DNA of 64,000 nt from an uncultured virus (IMG/VR IMGVR_UViG_3300027793_000064) (taxonomy: Duplodnaviria > Heunggongvirae > Uroviricota > Caudoviricetes). The notes under the pieces were generated by a model. It ran no database searches. It saw nothing but the letters and a program-made list of their open reading frames with translations, and was not told the DNA's origin. A program made the position numbers and the translations under genes. Position 1 is the stretch's first letter. The number at the start of each line of letters is the position of its first letter. Below, one piece after another: positions 42,627 to 49,699 of this stretch. The stretch is from the IMG/VR virus record IMGVR_UViG_3300027793_000064; one strand, 5' to 3'.

Positions 42627-42845
42627 TTATGCCCAAACTTTTGTAACAATCTTAAAATCTTTCTTGTACTGTTCATAAATGTAAACAACTCGGCCACCGA
42701 GTTCTACACTCCAATCGAACGCTTCTTGGTATGCTAGTTCTAAATCAGTGAAGAATGTTGCATCTTCACGAACAAACTCATCACCAACAGGAAGAACAGC
42801 GAACATCGGATCAGTTCCGAACGACATAGGTACAGTAACAGCCAC
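42627..42845 (-). CDS. Hypothetical protein
   Basis: ORF track; true start probably MFAVLP because the promoter overlaps the annotated start. Confidence 0.65.
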   Translation of the reverse strand: MAVTVPMSFGTDPMFAVLPVGDEFVREDATFFTDLELAYQEAFDWSVELGGRVVYIYEQYKKDFKIVTKVWA

Positions 42846-42954
42846 CAGTGGCTTCTGTCTATGGGGTCTTGTGCCAGTGGTCGAACTGGTTTTCTTTGGC
42901 TGGAATCGGCTCCAATGGTCGGCTGGTGTGGTAGACTAAGAGCAACAAACAGGA

Positions 42955-43001
42955 GAGGCCACGAAGGCTGTTGACGAGAAGTAAGCCACGCTAACCCTGC
43001 C
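42955..43001 (+). ncRNA. 47-nt structured repeat, copy 3
   Basis: GAGGCCACGAAGGCTGTTGACGAGAAGTAAGCCACGCTAACCCTGCC; TAGACT at 42932. Confidence 0.6.
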
Positions 43002-43103
43002 TTGAAATAATACGAAATACGAAATTAAAAAAACGAATTTTTATAATTTTATGAAAAATGTAGGGGGGCTGGTGATACCTTTGCACCAGCCCATAAGACT
43101 ACA

Positions 43104-43322
43104 TTAGTAGCCGAACATCTCCAGGAAGAGATCACCTAGCGGTTTCTCTTCACGCTTGGGTAGTGGGGAAGCGTAGCAGACGCCAACAGCGCGAGCGTAG
43201 TCCCAGATCTCAATGGTGCCGACACCGATCACGGTGCCATCCTTTGACACTTCATTGCACACGGTACGATATGGGGTGCCTTTGACCCACTTGCGGTAGG
43301 GATCGGGAATCATGGCGGCCAT
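43104..43322 (-). CDS. Hypothetical protein
   Basis: ORF track; TACAAT -10 box upstream. Confidence 0.65.
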   Translation of the reverse strand: MAAMIPDPYRKWVKGTPYRTVCNEVSKDGTVIGVGTIEIWDYARAVGVCYASPLPKREEKPLGDLFLEMFGY

Positions 43323-43505
43323 GGGGCTTCTCCGGTTGACTCTGTAATTGTAGCAGCTTGCTGGGGCTTCTAGAGGCTTCTGGCGAGGTTTTGATCCGGT
43401 CCTGGGATTGGCACAAGATCTTGAGAGAATACGAAAAAACGAAAAAAGATCCAGGAAATTATAAAAAATTCCTGGATCTTATGGGAGCCTGTGATACTGT
43501 GAAAC

Positions 43506-43628
43506 CTAGTCTTTATCCTCCTCGATGATAATAATCTCCTTGTCTTCGTTGATGTATTCGGTCCTGATAATGTTGGGTGCGATCTGTACCTGACCGATAA
43601 TGTAGGCAGCAGCGAGTAGTTCAATCAT
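43506..43628 (-). CDS. Small hypothetical protein
   Basis: Read by hand: MIELLAAAYIIGQVQIAPNIIRTEYINEDKEIIIIEEDKD; ATGA overlap with the upstream ORF. Confidence 0.6.
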   Translation of the reverse strand: MIELLAAAYIIGQVQIAPNIIRTEYINEDKEIIIIEEDKD

Positions 43629-43762
43629 CGGAGAATCCTGTGGCGAACATCAACGAACTGTTGTACTTCATGAGACTTGAAATACCAAATGTGTCCATTG
43701 GTATCTTGAAATGCCCAGAGCAATTCTTTAGTCTCAATGTCATAAGTTTGCATAATTTCCAT
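43625..43762 (-). CDS. Small hypothetical protein
   Basis: 3' part of track ORF 43625..43855, read from MEIMQTYD. Confidence 0.5.
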   Translation of the reverse strand: MEIMQTYDIETKELLWAFQDTNGHIWYFKSHEVQQFVDVRHRILR

Positions 43763-43808
43763 TAGCTTATGTGATGAAAATGGAAGCGAACAACAATCGA
43801 GAGAAAGA

Positions 43809-43937
43809 TCAGCATCGTTCGGTAACTTGACAAGTGAGATCTGCAACCTTAGCATCTAAGGTTTTGGCTGCCTTGAAAGATGCAACCAGTGTGTTGCTGA
43901 AGGTAACAGCAACCAGTGCAAAGATAAAGATCTTCAT
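43809..43937 (-). CDS. Small membrane/secreted peptide
   Basis: Read by hand: MKIFIFALVAVTFSNTLVASFKAAKTLDAKVADLTCQVTERC; TGATG overlap with the upstream gene. Confidence 0.55.
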   Translation of the reverse strand: MKIFIFALVAVTFSNTLVASFKAAKTLDAKVADLTCQVTERC

Positions 43938-44419
43938 CAGAACAGACCTTCAGCAACAAGACGATCATAAAGAACAGCAGCCAATGCACCACAATGGGAG
44001 CAAGCCTTTGCGTATTTGATCTCAGATTTGAGACTGTATTGTTGGGGAGTATTATGATGCTTGCTGTAGATGAATTTGTAACGATGAACAGCAGAAACAA
44101 GCTTAAGCAGTTGGCGCTTGTCGAGATCTTCTCCAGCCATCTTATAGATGGGGATGAAGAATCGGTAGTCTTTAATTAAATTGCAGCGATTCAGACGATC
44201 GACAATAGCCTTGGCACCAGCACCACCGAAGTAGGGAGTCAGCTCCACCATCAGGAAAGCCGAGAACGGTGCCAGAGCAGCCTTGCCGGTAGTGCTAGGC
44301 TGTACGGTCACAGATGCAGTCTGAAGCTGCTGCAGAGCTTCCTGTAGAGTGCTGAGGCTATCTGCCATCGTGGCCAGCTGGCTGGTGATGGACTGAAGCT
44401 CGGTCTGGAAAGGTTGCAT
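43937..44419 (-). CDS. Coiled-coil plus CxxC protein (paralogue of 56988..57569)
   Basis: LNRC..I.D and KYAKACSHCG motifs shared with the 57-kb ORF. Confidence 0.8.
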   Translation of the reverse strand: MQPFQTELQSITSQLATMADSLSTLQEALQQLQTASVTVQPSTTGKAALAPFSAFLMVELTPYFGGAGAKAIVDRLNRCNLIKDYRFFIPIYKMAGEDLDKRQLLKLVSAVHRYKFIYSKHHNTPQQYSLKSEIKYAKACSHCGALAAVLYDRLVAEGLF

Positions 44420-44555
44420 GGGGTTGAATCCCTCGACTCCTTAAAGATACCAGCCACGAAAGCCAGCGGTCTATGGGTCTTGTGCCAGTGGTCGAACTGG
44501 CTGGCAGGTGGTCGGATCGGCTCATGAGGCTGTAGAATTAACTCACAAGCGAACC

Positions 44556-44602
44556 GAGGCTAAGAAGGCCGATGACGATAAGTAAGCCACGCTAACCCTG
44601 CC
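44556..44602 (+). ncRNA. 47-nt structured repeat, copy 4
   Basis: GAGGCTAAGAAGGCCGATGACGATAAGTAAGCCACGCTAACCCTGCC; TAGAAT at 44533; hairpin AGAGGGA-TTGC-TCCCTCT at about 44632-44649. Confidence 0.6.
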
Positions 44603-44656
44603 ATGAAATAATAATAAGAAATAATAAAAAAAGAGGGATTGCTCCCTCTAAATGTA

Positions 44657-45133
44657 TCAAATGTTTTGGAAGAAGTAGTTATCTTCTTCCCAGTAATCAA
44701 AGCGCAACATGCTATCCCATGTTGCCTGATAATCGATCACAATGTAGGATGGGATGTTCTCTCCCATGCTGGCGATTGTCTCCTCAGTAAAGTGTGCCTC
44801 AGAGTCGAATTCTCCCTGATAAGCTTCCTCGAAGTCATCGAAGTTGCCGATGTTTTCATAATAGATCTCCACAGCTTTCTGCGGATAATTGACGCACAAT
44901 TCTTCGAACTTCTCTTCCTGTTCTACATCATCGAACTCTAGTTCGGTTTCTGTGATGTTAGCACTAGGCAATCCGTTAGGATACTTGGCTGCCAGCAGTG
45001 CTTCATAGAAAGCAACATAGCTAGCGTTACCATCGGCTTTAATGTAACCGCAGCCGATCACAATATCGGTACGGCTTGCAGGAGTGGCCTGCAGCTCGGT
45101 GACCTTGGCCAGCAGTTCGGTTCCGGTGAGCAT
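44657..45133 (-). CDS. cyAbrB-like N-terminal domain fused to an ArdA-like antirestriction domain
   Basis: N-terminus LTGTELLAKVTEL...CGY...FYEALLAAK; acidic C-terminus FEEAYQGEFDSE.HF.EE...IP.Y..IDY...DY....YFF. Confidence 0.65.
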   Translation of the reverse strand: MLTGTELLAKVTELQATPASRTDIVIGCGYIKADGNASYVAFYEALLAAKYPNGLPSANITETELEFDDVEQEEKFEELCVNYPQKAVEIYYENIGNFDDFEEAYQGEFDSEAHFTEETIASMGENIPSYIVIDYQATWDSMLRFDYWEEDNYFFQNI

Positions 45134-45280
45134 CGATCGATCCGTTTGGGACTCACCTAGTATGGGTCCAGCGACCGCACTAGAACAGCCGCCTTGTGCC
45201 AGTGGTCGAACTGGTTTTTTCTGGTCAGAATCGGTTGAAATGGCCCCATAACCTGCTAGACTATGGGAACAAGAGAAGAA

Positions 45281-45327
45281 GAGAGCAAGAAGCTCGATGA
45301 CGAGAAGTAAGCCACAGCCACCCTGCC
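45281..45327 (+). ncRNA. 47-nt structured repeat, copy 5
   Basis: GAGAGCAAGAAGCTCGATGACGAGAAGTAAGCCACAGCCACCCTGCC; TAGACT at 45257. Confidence 0.6.
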
Positions 45328-45396
45328 ATGAAATAGTTAAGTATAAAGAATAAGAAAAAGAGTTAGAATAACTAACTCTTCTGAAGTTTGTGTTAC

Positions 45397-45558
45397 TTAG
45401 TAACGATCCATCAGCACCTTAAGGTCGCGCAGCGCAGTAACCTTTCTAGAGTCGGGATCGCTTAGCCTTTGCTGGGACCACAGATGGTGAGCGATGGCAT
45501 CCTGCAGCGCCAGCAGTTGCGAGTTGGTGAGGTTCAAGACGACAGGAGTGATCTGCAT
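45397..45558 (-). CDS. Small hypothetical protein
   Basis: ORF track trimmed to MQITPV, downstream of the promoter. Confidence 0.6.
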   Translation of the reverse strand: MQITPVVLNLTNSQLLALQDAIAHHLWSQQRLSDPDSRKVTALRDLKVLMDRY

Positions 45559-45699
45559 GGGGTGGAATCCCTTTCGACTCCCATAGTCTCTCATGCCTTA
45601 TGGGGAAGATCAAGTGGGTCTTGTGCCAGAAAATAAGTGGCACACTCCACCCCCATGAGGCGGTAGTGGATGCAGTAGACTATGGGAACAAGAGAAGAG

Positions 45700-45746
45700 G
45701 AGGCTAAGAAGGCCAGTGACGACAAGTAAGCCACAGCCACCCTGCC
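45700..45746 (+). ncRNA. 47-nt structured repeat, copy 6
   Basis: GAGGCTAAGAAGGCCAGTGACGACAAGTAAGCCACAGCCACCCTGCC; TAGACT at 45676. Confidence 0.6.
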
Positions 45747-45850
45747 ACAAAATAATACGAAATACGAAATTAAAAAAACGAATTTTTATAATTTTTGTAA
45801 AAATCTACAGGAGCCAGTGATACCTTCTCACCAGCTCCTGATACTGTATC

Positions 45851-46180
45851 TTATGGACGCCAAGTATCAGGGAACACATCTTTAATATAATTCTTCACAA
45901 CATCTTGTTCTTCTTTTGTATCCAGATCTTCATATTGTGTCCACCATGATTCACCAATGAACCACATCTCATTAGGATCAAAGCTACCAACACCATGCTG
46001 ATAGTCACCATCACGCTCAATGTGCCATTCTCGCTCAAAGATAGAATCTTCTATCTCATTGGCTGCACTAATGTATGATTTTGTGTCATAAGAGTTATGA
46101 TAAACAAACTTCATACACTCATCAACAAAAACCTGACCAAGTTCTTCGAGATAAGATTTGCTGGTGGTGACGGTAGGCAT
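45851..46180 (-). CDS. Acidic hypothetical protein
   Basis: ORF track trimmed to MPTVTT. Confidence 0.65.
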   Translation of the reverse strand: MPTVTTSKSYLEELGQVFVDECMKFVYHNSYDTKSYISAANEIEDSIFEREWHIERDGDYQHGVGSFDPNEMWFIGESWWTQYEDLDTKEEQDVVKNYIKDVFPDTWRP

Positions 46181-46331
46181 GATGAAAAAAAAACGAAAAA
46201 CGAAATCGAAAAAACGAAAATTAACAAAAATTGTTAATTTCTGTGGGAGCCAGTGAAACCGGCTCACCAGCCCATCATACCACAGACTCAGCCTCAGCTG
46301 TGATCACGATCTCAAGCCAGGTGTGGCAGTT

Positions 46332-46607
46332 CTAGAACTGTGTGGTTTTCATGGTCTCTTCTGCAAGATCATTACCTACAACACCGGCAATGAACTCTTG
46401 TGTAGAATCCTCATCCTCACCTTCTGCGACCCAGATGTCTTCAATTAGCATTGCAATATCAGTATCACTCTGACCAGGATTTTGGTCAAAGGATTGTATC
46501 ATCATTTGCATTGCATAAGAGAACAGATCATCACTGCTCATGTTATCAATGACACGATAGCAATGTGCAGTCAGCAGTTCGGAAACTTGTTCAGTGGTGA
46601 GAGCCAT
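46332..46607 (-). CDS. Acidic hypothetical protein
   Basis: ORF track trimmed to MALTTE; IDNMSSDDL resembles LDDMDLKTM of 47763..47948. Confidence 0.7.
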   Translation of the reverse strand: MALTTEQVSELLTAHCYRVIDNMSSDDLFSYAMQMMIQSFDQNPGQSDTDIAMLIEDIWVAEGEDEDSTQEFIAGVVGNDLAEETMKTTQF

Positions 46608-46746
46608 GAGAAGAAATGTCCTCGACTCCCATAAGGTACTGCCACCACCAGCACCAGAGCAACCGCCTTGTGCCAGTGGTTCTTCTGTCCCATCAGTGCC
46701 CCACCAGCTGGTTCTCATGCCTTATAGTTGTATCAACAACAAGGGG

Positions 46747-46793
46747 AGAGCACGAAGCTCGATGACGAACAGTAAGCCACGCTAACCCTGCCT
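46747..46793 (+). ncRNA. 47-nt structured repeat, copy 7
   Basis: GAGAGCACGAAGCTCGATGACGAACAGTAAGCCACGCTAACCCTGCC; TATAGT at 46723; hairpin AAAGGGA-TTGC-TCCCTTT at about 46820-46837. Confidence 0.6.
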
Positions 46794-46842
46794 TGAAATA
46801 ATAAGATATAAAGAATAAAAAAGGGATTGCTCCCTTTATGTT

Positions 46843-47052
46843 TTAGATAGCAATCTCTACCCAATAACAATCAGGAGACTCCTCATCTTGATAACTTGTA
46901 ACAAGACCTTTTGTGATAAGTTGTCCTAAGACTCCTGCTGTAATGTGACTGTTATCGAATGGAGAAACCTCATGGAGCCAACCACAACCAGGCTGATCCA
47001 TACCCTCTTTGATAGAATCAAGAAGCATTTGCTCTTTATCAGTCAGAGTCAT
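46843..47052 (-). CDS. Small protein, possible winged helix
   Basis: MTLTDKEQMLL...AGVLGQLITKGLV pattern. Confidence 0.65.
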   Translation of the reverse strand: MTLTDKEQMLLDSIKEGMDQPGCGWLHEVSPFDNSHITAGVLGQLITKGLVTSYQDEESPDCYWVEIAI

Positions 47053-47188
47053 GAGAAGAATTGATCTCAACTCCCATAAGATACAGCCGATTCCAGGTCA
47101 GTGGTGTGGTTCTTGTGCCAGTGATCTTAGTGGCACAGTAGTGGGGTTCTTATGGGGTTCTGGGTCTTATGATAGTATCAAATCAAAC

Positions 47189-47235
47189 GAGGCTAAGAAG
47201 GCCGATGACGATCAGTGAGCCACGCTCACCCTGCG
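47189..47235 (+). ncRNA. 47-nt structured repeat, copy 8
   Basis: GAGGCTAAGAAGGCCGATGACGATCAGTGAGCCACGCTCACCCTGCG; TATGAT at 47168. Confidence 0.6.
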
Positions 47236-47329
47236 AAAAAATACGAAATACGAAATTAAATTATTAAGAAATCATAAAAATATAAAAATCTCATGGGAGC
47301 CTGTGATACTGTCAGGCTCCCACTATACT

Positions 47330-47692
47330 TCAACCTAGGTAAAAATCATCACGATTCCCATACATGAGATGATACCATTGCTCCTCTGTATCTACCTCTA
47401 CCTCACGATGTTGTTCATCTAGTTCTACATCATATCTTCCACCACCTTCACCAGCATCCACTGCCTCATGATATGGTGCATTAAGCTCACGATATACATG
47501 ATCCACTGCAATCTTGTAAGCTTTATCTACTGCATCAGCCCAGACATAAAACCTATCAGTTTCGATAGTATTCTCCTGGATGTTGTATGCTTTCCAGGTT
47601 TGGAAACAATAGCGAAATGCTGTTTGATCCTTATACTTAAAAGTATCAGTGCCGATCAGCTCGATACCACCAAGACCCAGATACTTTTCCAT
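47330..47692 (-). CDS. Hypothetical protein
   Basis: ORF track trimmed to MEKYLG; shares the TTTCTTCTCATG leader with neighbouring genes. Confidence 0.65.
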   Translation of the reverse strand: MEKYLGLGGIELIGTDTFKYKDQTAFRYCFQTWKAYNIQENTIETDRFYVWADAVDKAYKIAVDHVYRELNAPYHEAVDAGEGGGRYDVELDEQHREVEVDTEEQWYHLMYGNRDDFYLG

Positions 47693-47762
47693 GAGAAGAA
47701 AACGGTTTTTGAACAATTCAAATCTACAGGAGATTCCGCGAGAAATCCCCTGCAGTAGCCAG

Positions 47763-47948
47763 TTAAACGATTGGCACATCCTCCACCAGTTCGGGATAGT
47801 ATTCTTGACATTCAGTGATCAATTCTTCGTCCGAATACTTATCATAACCCTCGTCCAGGTAATCATAACAGAGTTGGGTCATTGTCTTAAGGTCCATGTC
47901 ATCCAACATCTGCTGAATGAGTTGGTCTTGAAGTTCAGTGCGGTTCAT
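47763..47948 (-). CDS. Small acidic phage protein
   Basis: ORF track; LDDMD...YSDEELITE..EYYPEL pattern. Confidence 0.75.
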   Translation of the reverse strand: MNRTELQDQLIQQMLDDMDLKTMTQLCYDYLDEGYDKYSDEELITECQEYYPELVEDVPIV

Positions 47949-48097
47949 AATCAGAGGAGTTGAGTGAAGTTGTCATCGACTCCCAAACAATACGATGCCC
48001 ACCACTACCTGTCAATCCCTCCACCGATCAGTGATCCTTATGAGTCAAACCCCCCCACAGCCCCCATCACATGCTAGAATTAACTCAACAACCAAAC

Positions 48098-48144
48098 GAG
48101 AGCAAGAAGCTCGATGACGATAAGTGAGCCACGCTTACCCTGCC
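48098..48144 (+). ncRNA. 47-nt structured repeat, copy 9
   Basis: GAGAGCAAGAAGCTCGATGACGATAAGTGAGCCACGCTTACCCTGCC; TAGAAT at 48075. Confidence 0.6.
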
Positions 48145-48348
48145 ATAAAATAATCGCCTCATAAGAATCTGATATATTTGATATTCTTATGAGCTAGTGT
48201 GATTCTCATAAGTATCTGATATATTTGAATGTTTTATGGATGGGGGTGGGGGCGATGAGTATTTGTGATATTTGTGATTCTTATGGGTCGGTGTGGGTCT
48301 TATGAGTCTTATGGGGGGTGTACCAGAAAAAAATCTGGTCGCGCCCCT

Positions 48349-48377
48349 TTGACAAAATCGAGCGAGCGTGTTATAAT
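48349..48377 (+). promoter_or_regulatory. Consensus sigma70 promoter with no downstream ORF
   Basis: TTGACA-N17-TATAAT, also with an extended -10 TG. Confidence 0.85.
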
Positions 48378-48448
48378 GGGACGGCCTAAACGGCAAGGTC
48401 TCATAAGGATTAAATGGTATTAAATGACATAAAAAACAAAAAAATATC

Positions 48449-48609
48449 ACAAGAACTCATAAGAACACAAGAACTCATAAGAACACAAGAACTCATAAGA
48501 ACATCAAATATAAGAAGAAATCATAAGAACACAAGAACTCATAAGAACATCAAATATAAGAAGAAATCATAAGAACACAAGAACTCATAAGAACATCAAA
48601 TATAAGAAC
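48449..48609 (+). repeat. Non-coding iteron-like tandem repeats
   Basis: ACAAGAACTCATAAGAAC x5, interleaved with ATCAAATATAAGAAGAAATCATAAGAAC x2 (46-bp higher-order period). Confidence 0.95.
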
Positions 48610-48792
48610 AAAATAACACAATAAGATACGAATTCATATCATAAGAAGAACTAATATAAACAAGTATCAACAGTAACAAAACAATAAAAAACAATTAAAA
48701 AAAGCTTTTTAATTGAAATTTAAACAAAAATACGATATTTTAAACAAAAATCATAAGATTTTAACCATTTTCTAGGAGAGCCTGTGATACTG

Positions 48793-49146
48793 TTATCCTG
48801 GGTGTTTGATCATCGTATCAGAGATGGATTGATCTTTATTCTTACTGAACCCATGCTTCTTATAGAAACGATCTAATGCCTGTTTCTTTCCTTTATCTGG
48901 TTCTGGTGTTAATGTGACTGATGTATTATTTCTCTTTGCAACATTGGATATTCCTTTCATAACTCTTGATCCTATACCTTGTCCTTGTTGTTCATCAGGA
49001 ACACGGATATTGTTTACTCTTATTGTATTAGATCTTGGAGAATGAGAAAACGATAATTTCATACCTGGATATCTTCTTTGGTAATTCTTCTCAATCGTTG
49101 AGAGAGCCTGTGATACATCTTCTAGAAATTGTGAATAAGATTTCAT
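48793..49146 (-). CDS. GNAT-family acetyltransferase-like protein with MKSYSQFLE N-terminus
   Basis: Acetyl-CoA motif A VPDEQQGQGIGSRVM and LDRFYKKHGF. Confidence 0.8.
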   Translation of the reverse strand: MKSYSQFLEDVSQALSTIEKNYQRRYPGMKLSFSHSPRSNTIRVNNIRVPDEQQGQGIGSRVMKGISNVAKRNNTSVTLTPEPDKGKKQALDRFYKKHGFSKNKDQSISDTMIKHPG

Positions 49147-49667
49147 GAGGAGTATTTCTTTATAAGATACTGTATGTATTCTTCTGGTGCATCACCTAGA
49201 TCTGTTTCTGGGACTTCTGTATAGTGACCGAATTTTGCTAGTTTTCTTCCTGGTGGGTCATTATCACAAACGGTAATGATTGGGCGGTTTAAGAGGAGGA
49301 GAAAGTTGATGTAGTCTTTTGGTGGATCATTGGTTAGAGTGGCCAGTGCAGAAAAGTTTAGGGATGTCATTCTTGCTGCATCGAAAATACCTTCTGTAAG
49401 GAATACTGGTTGGTGTGGTGAATTAAGACTTTCAATGCCCCATAAGGTTACAGTGGGATAATGCTTGTTTCGATATGTGTAATACTTGGAATGGAGTTTG
49501 TCCTGGAAAATCTTTTTGGAACCTTGAGGATTGTAGAACTGATAACCTGTTAATTGACCTGATAGATTGTATAAGAGAAAAGTGGCAGTGTTTGTGTTTG
49601 AATCAATAATTGTTGGGTGGAGGTTGATGTTTAAGTGCCTTTGTTTCAGATGGGTTTTTATGTTCAT
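49143..49667 (-). CDS. Small Toprim-domain primase-like protein
   Basis: VFLTEGIFDA, VCDNDPPG and DLGD motifs; start trimmed to MNIKTH. Confidence 0.8.
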   Translation of the reverse strand: MNIKTHLKQRHLNINLHPTIIDSNTNTATFLLYNLSGQLTGYQFYNPQGSKKIFQDKLHSKYYTYRNKHYPTVTLWGIESLNSPHQPVFLTEGIFDAARMTSLNFSALATLTNDPPKDYINFLLLLNRPIITVCDNDPPGRKLAKFGHYTEVPETDLGDAPEEYIQYLIKKYSS

Positions 49668-49699
49668 AAAAAAAGTCCACTGAGAAGTGGACACATGGT

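Noticed and set aside
44556..44610. Repeat as a hammerhead or twister ribozyme (GATGA...GAAA; TAACCCTGCC)
   Set aside because: The CUGANGA core is absent (CCGAUGA, CGUUGA, CAGUGA), the twister UAA varies (TTA, TCA, CCA) and the required pairings are missing.
42441..47137. TGGCAC as a sigma54 -24 box
   Set aside because: No TTGC at -12; the motif is half of a palindrome at fixed spacing from a sigma70-type -10 box.
41697..48144. 47-nt repeats as a CRISPR array
   Set aside because: Copies are 0.4-1.6 kb apart, separated by genes, and one is inverted; no cas genes in the window.
48187..48450. 87-aa minus-strand ORF
   Set aside because: Low-complexity product of the skewed repeat region; overlaps the promoter.
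48449..48609. Tandem repeats as a mini-CRISPR or coding repeat
   Set aside because: No unique spacers and no credible ORF.
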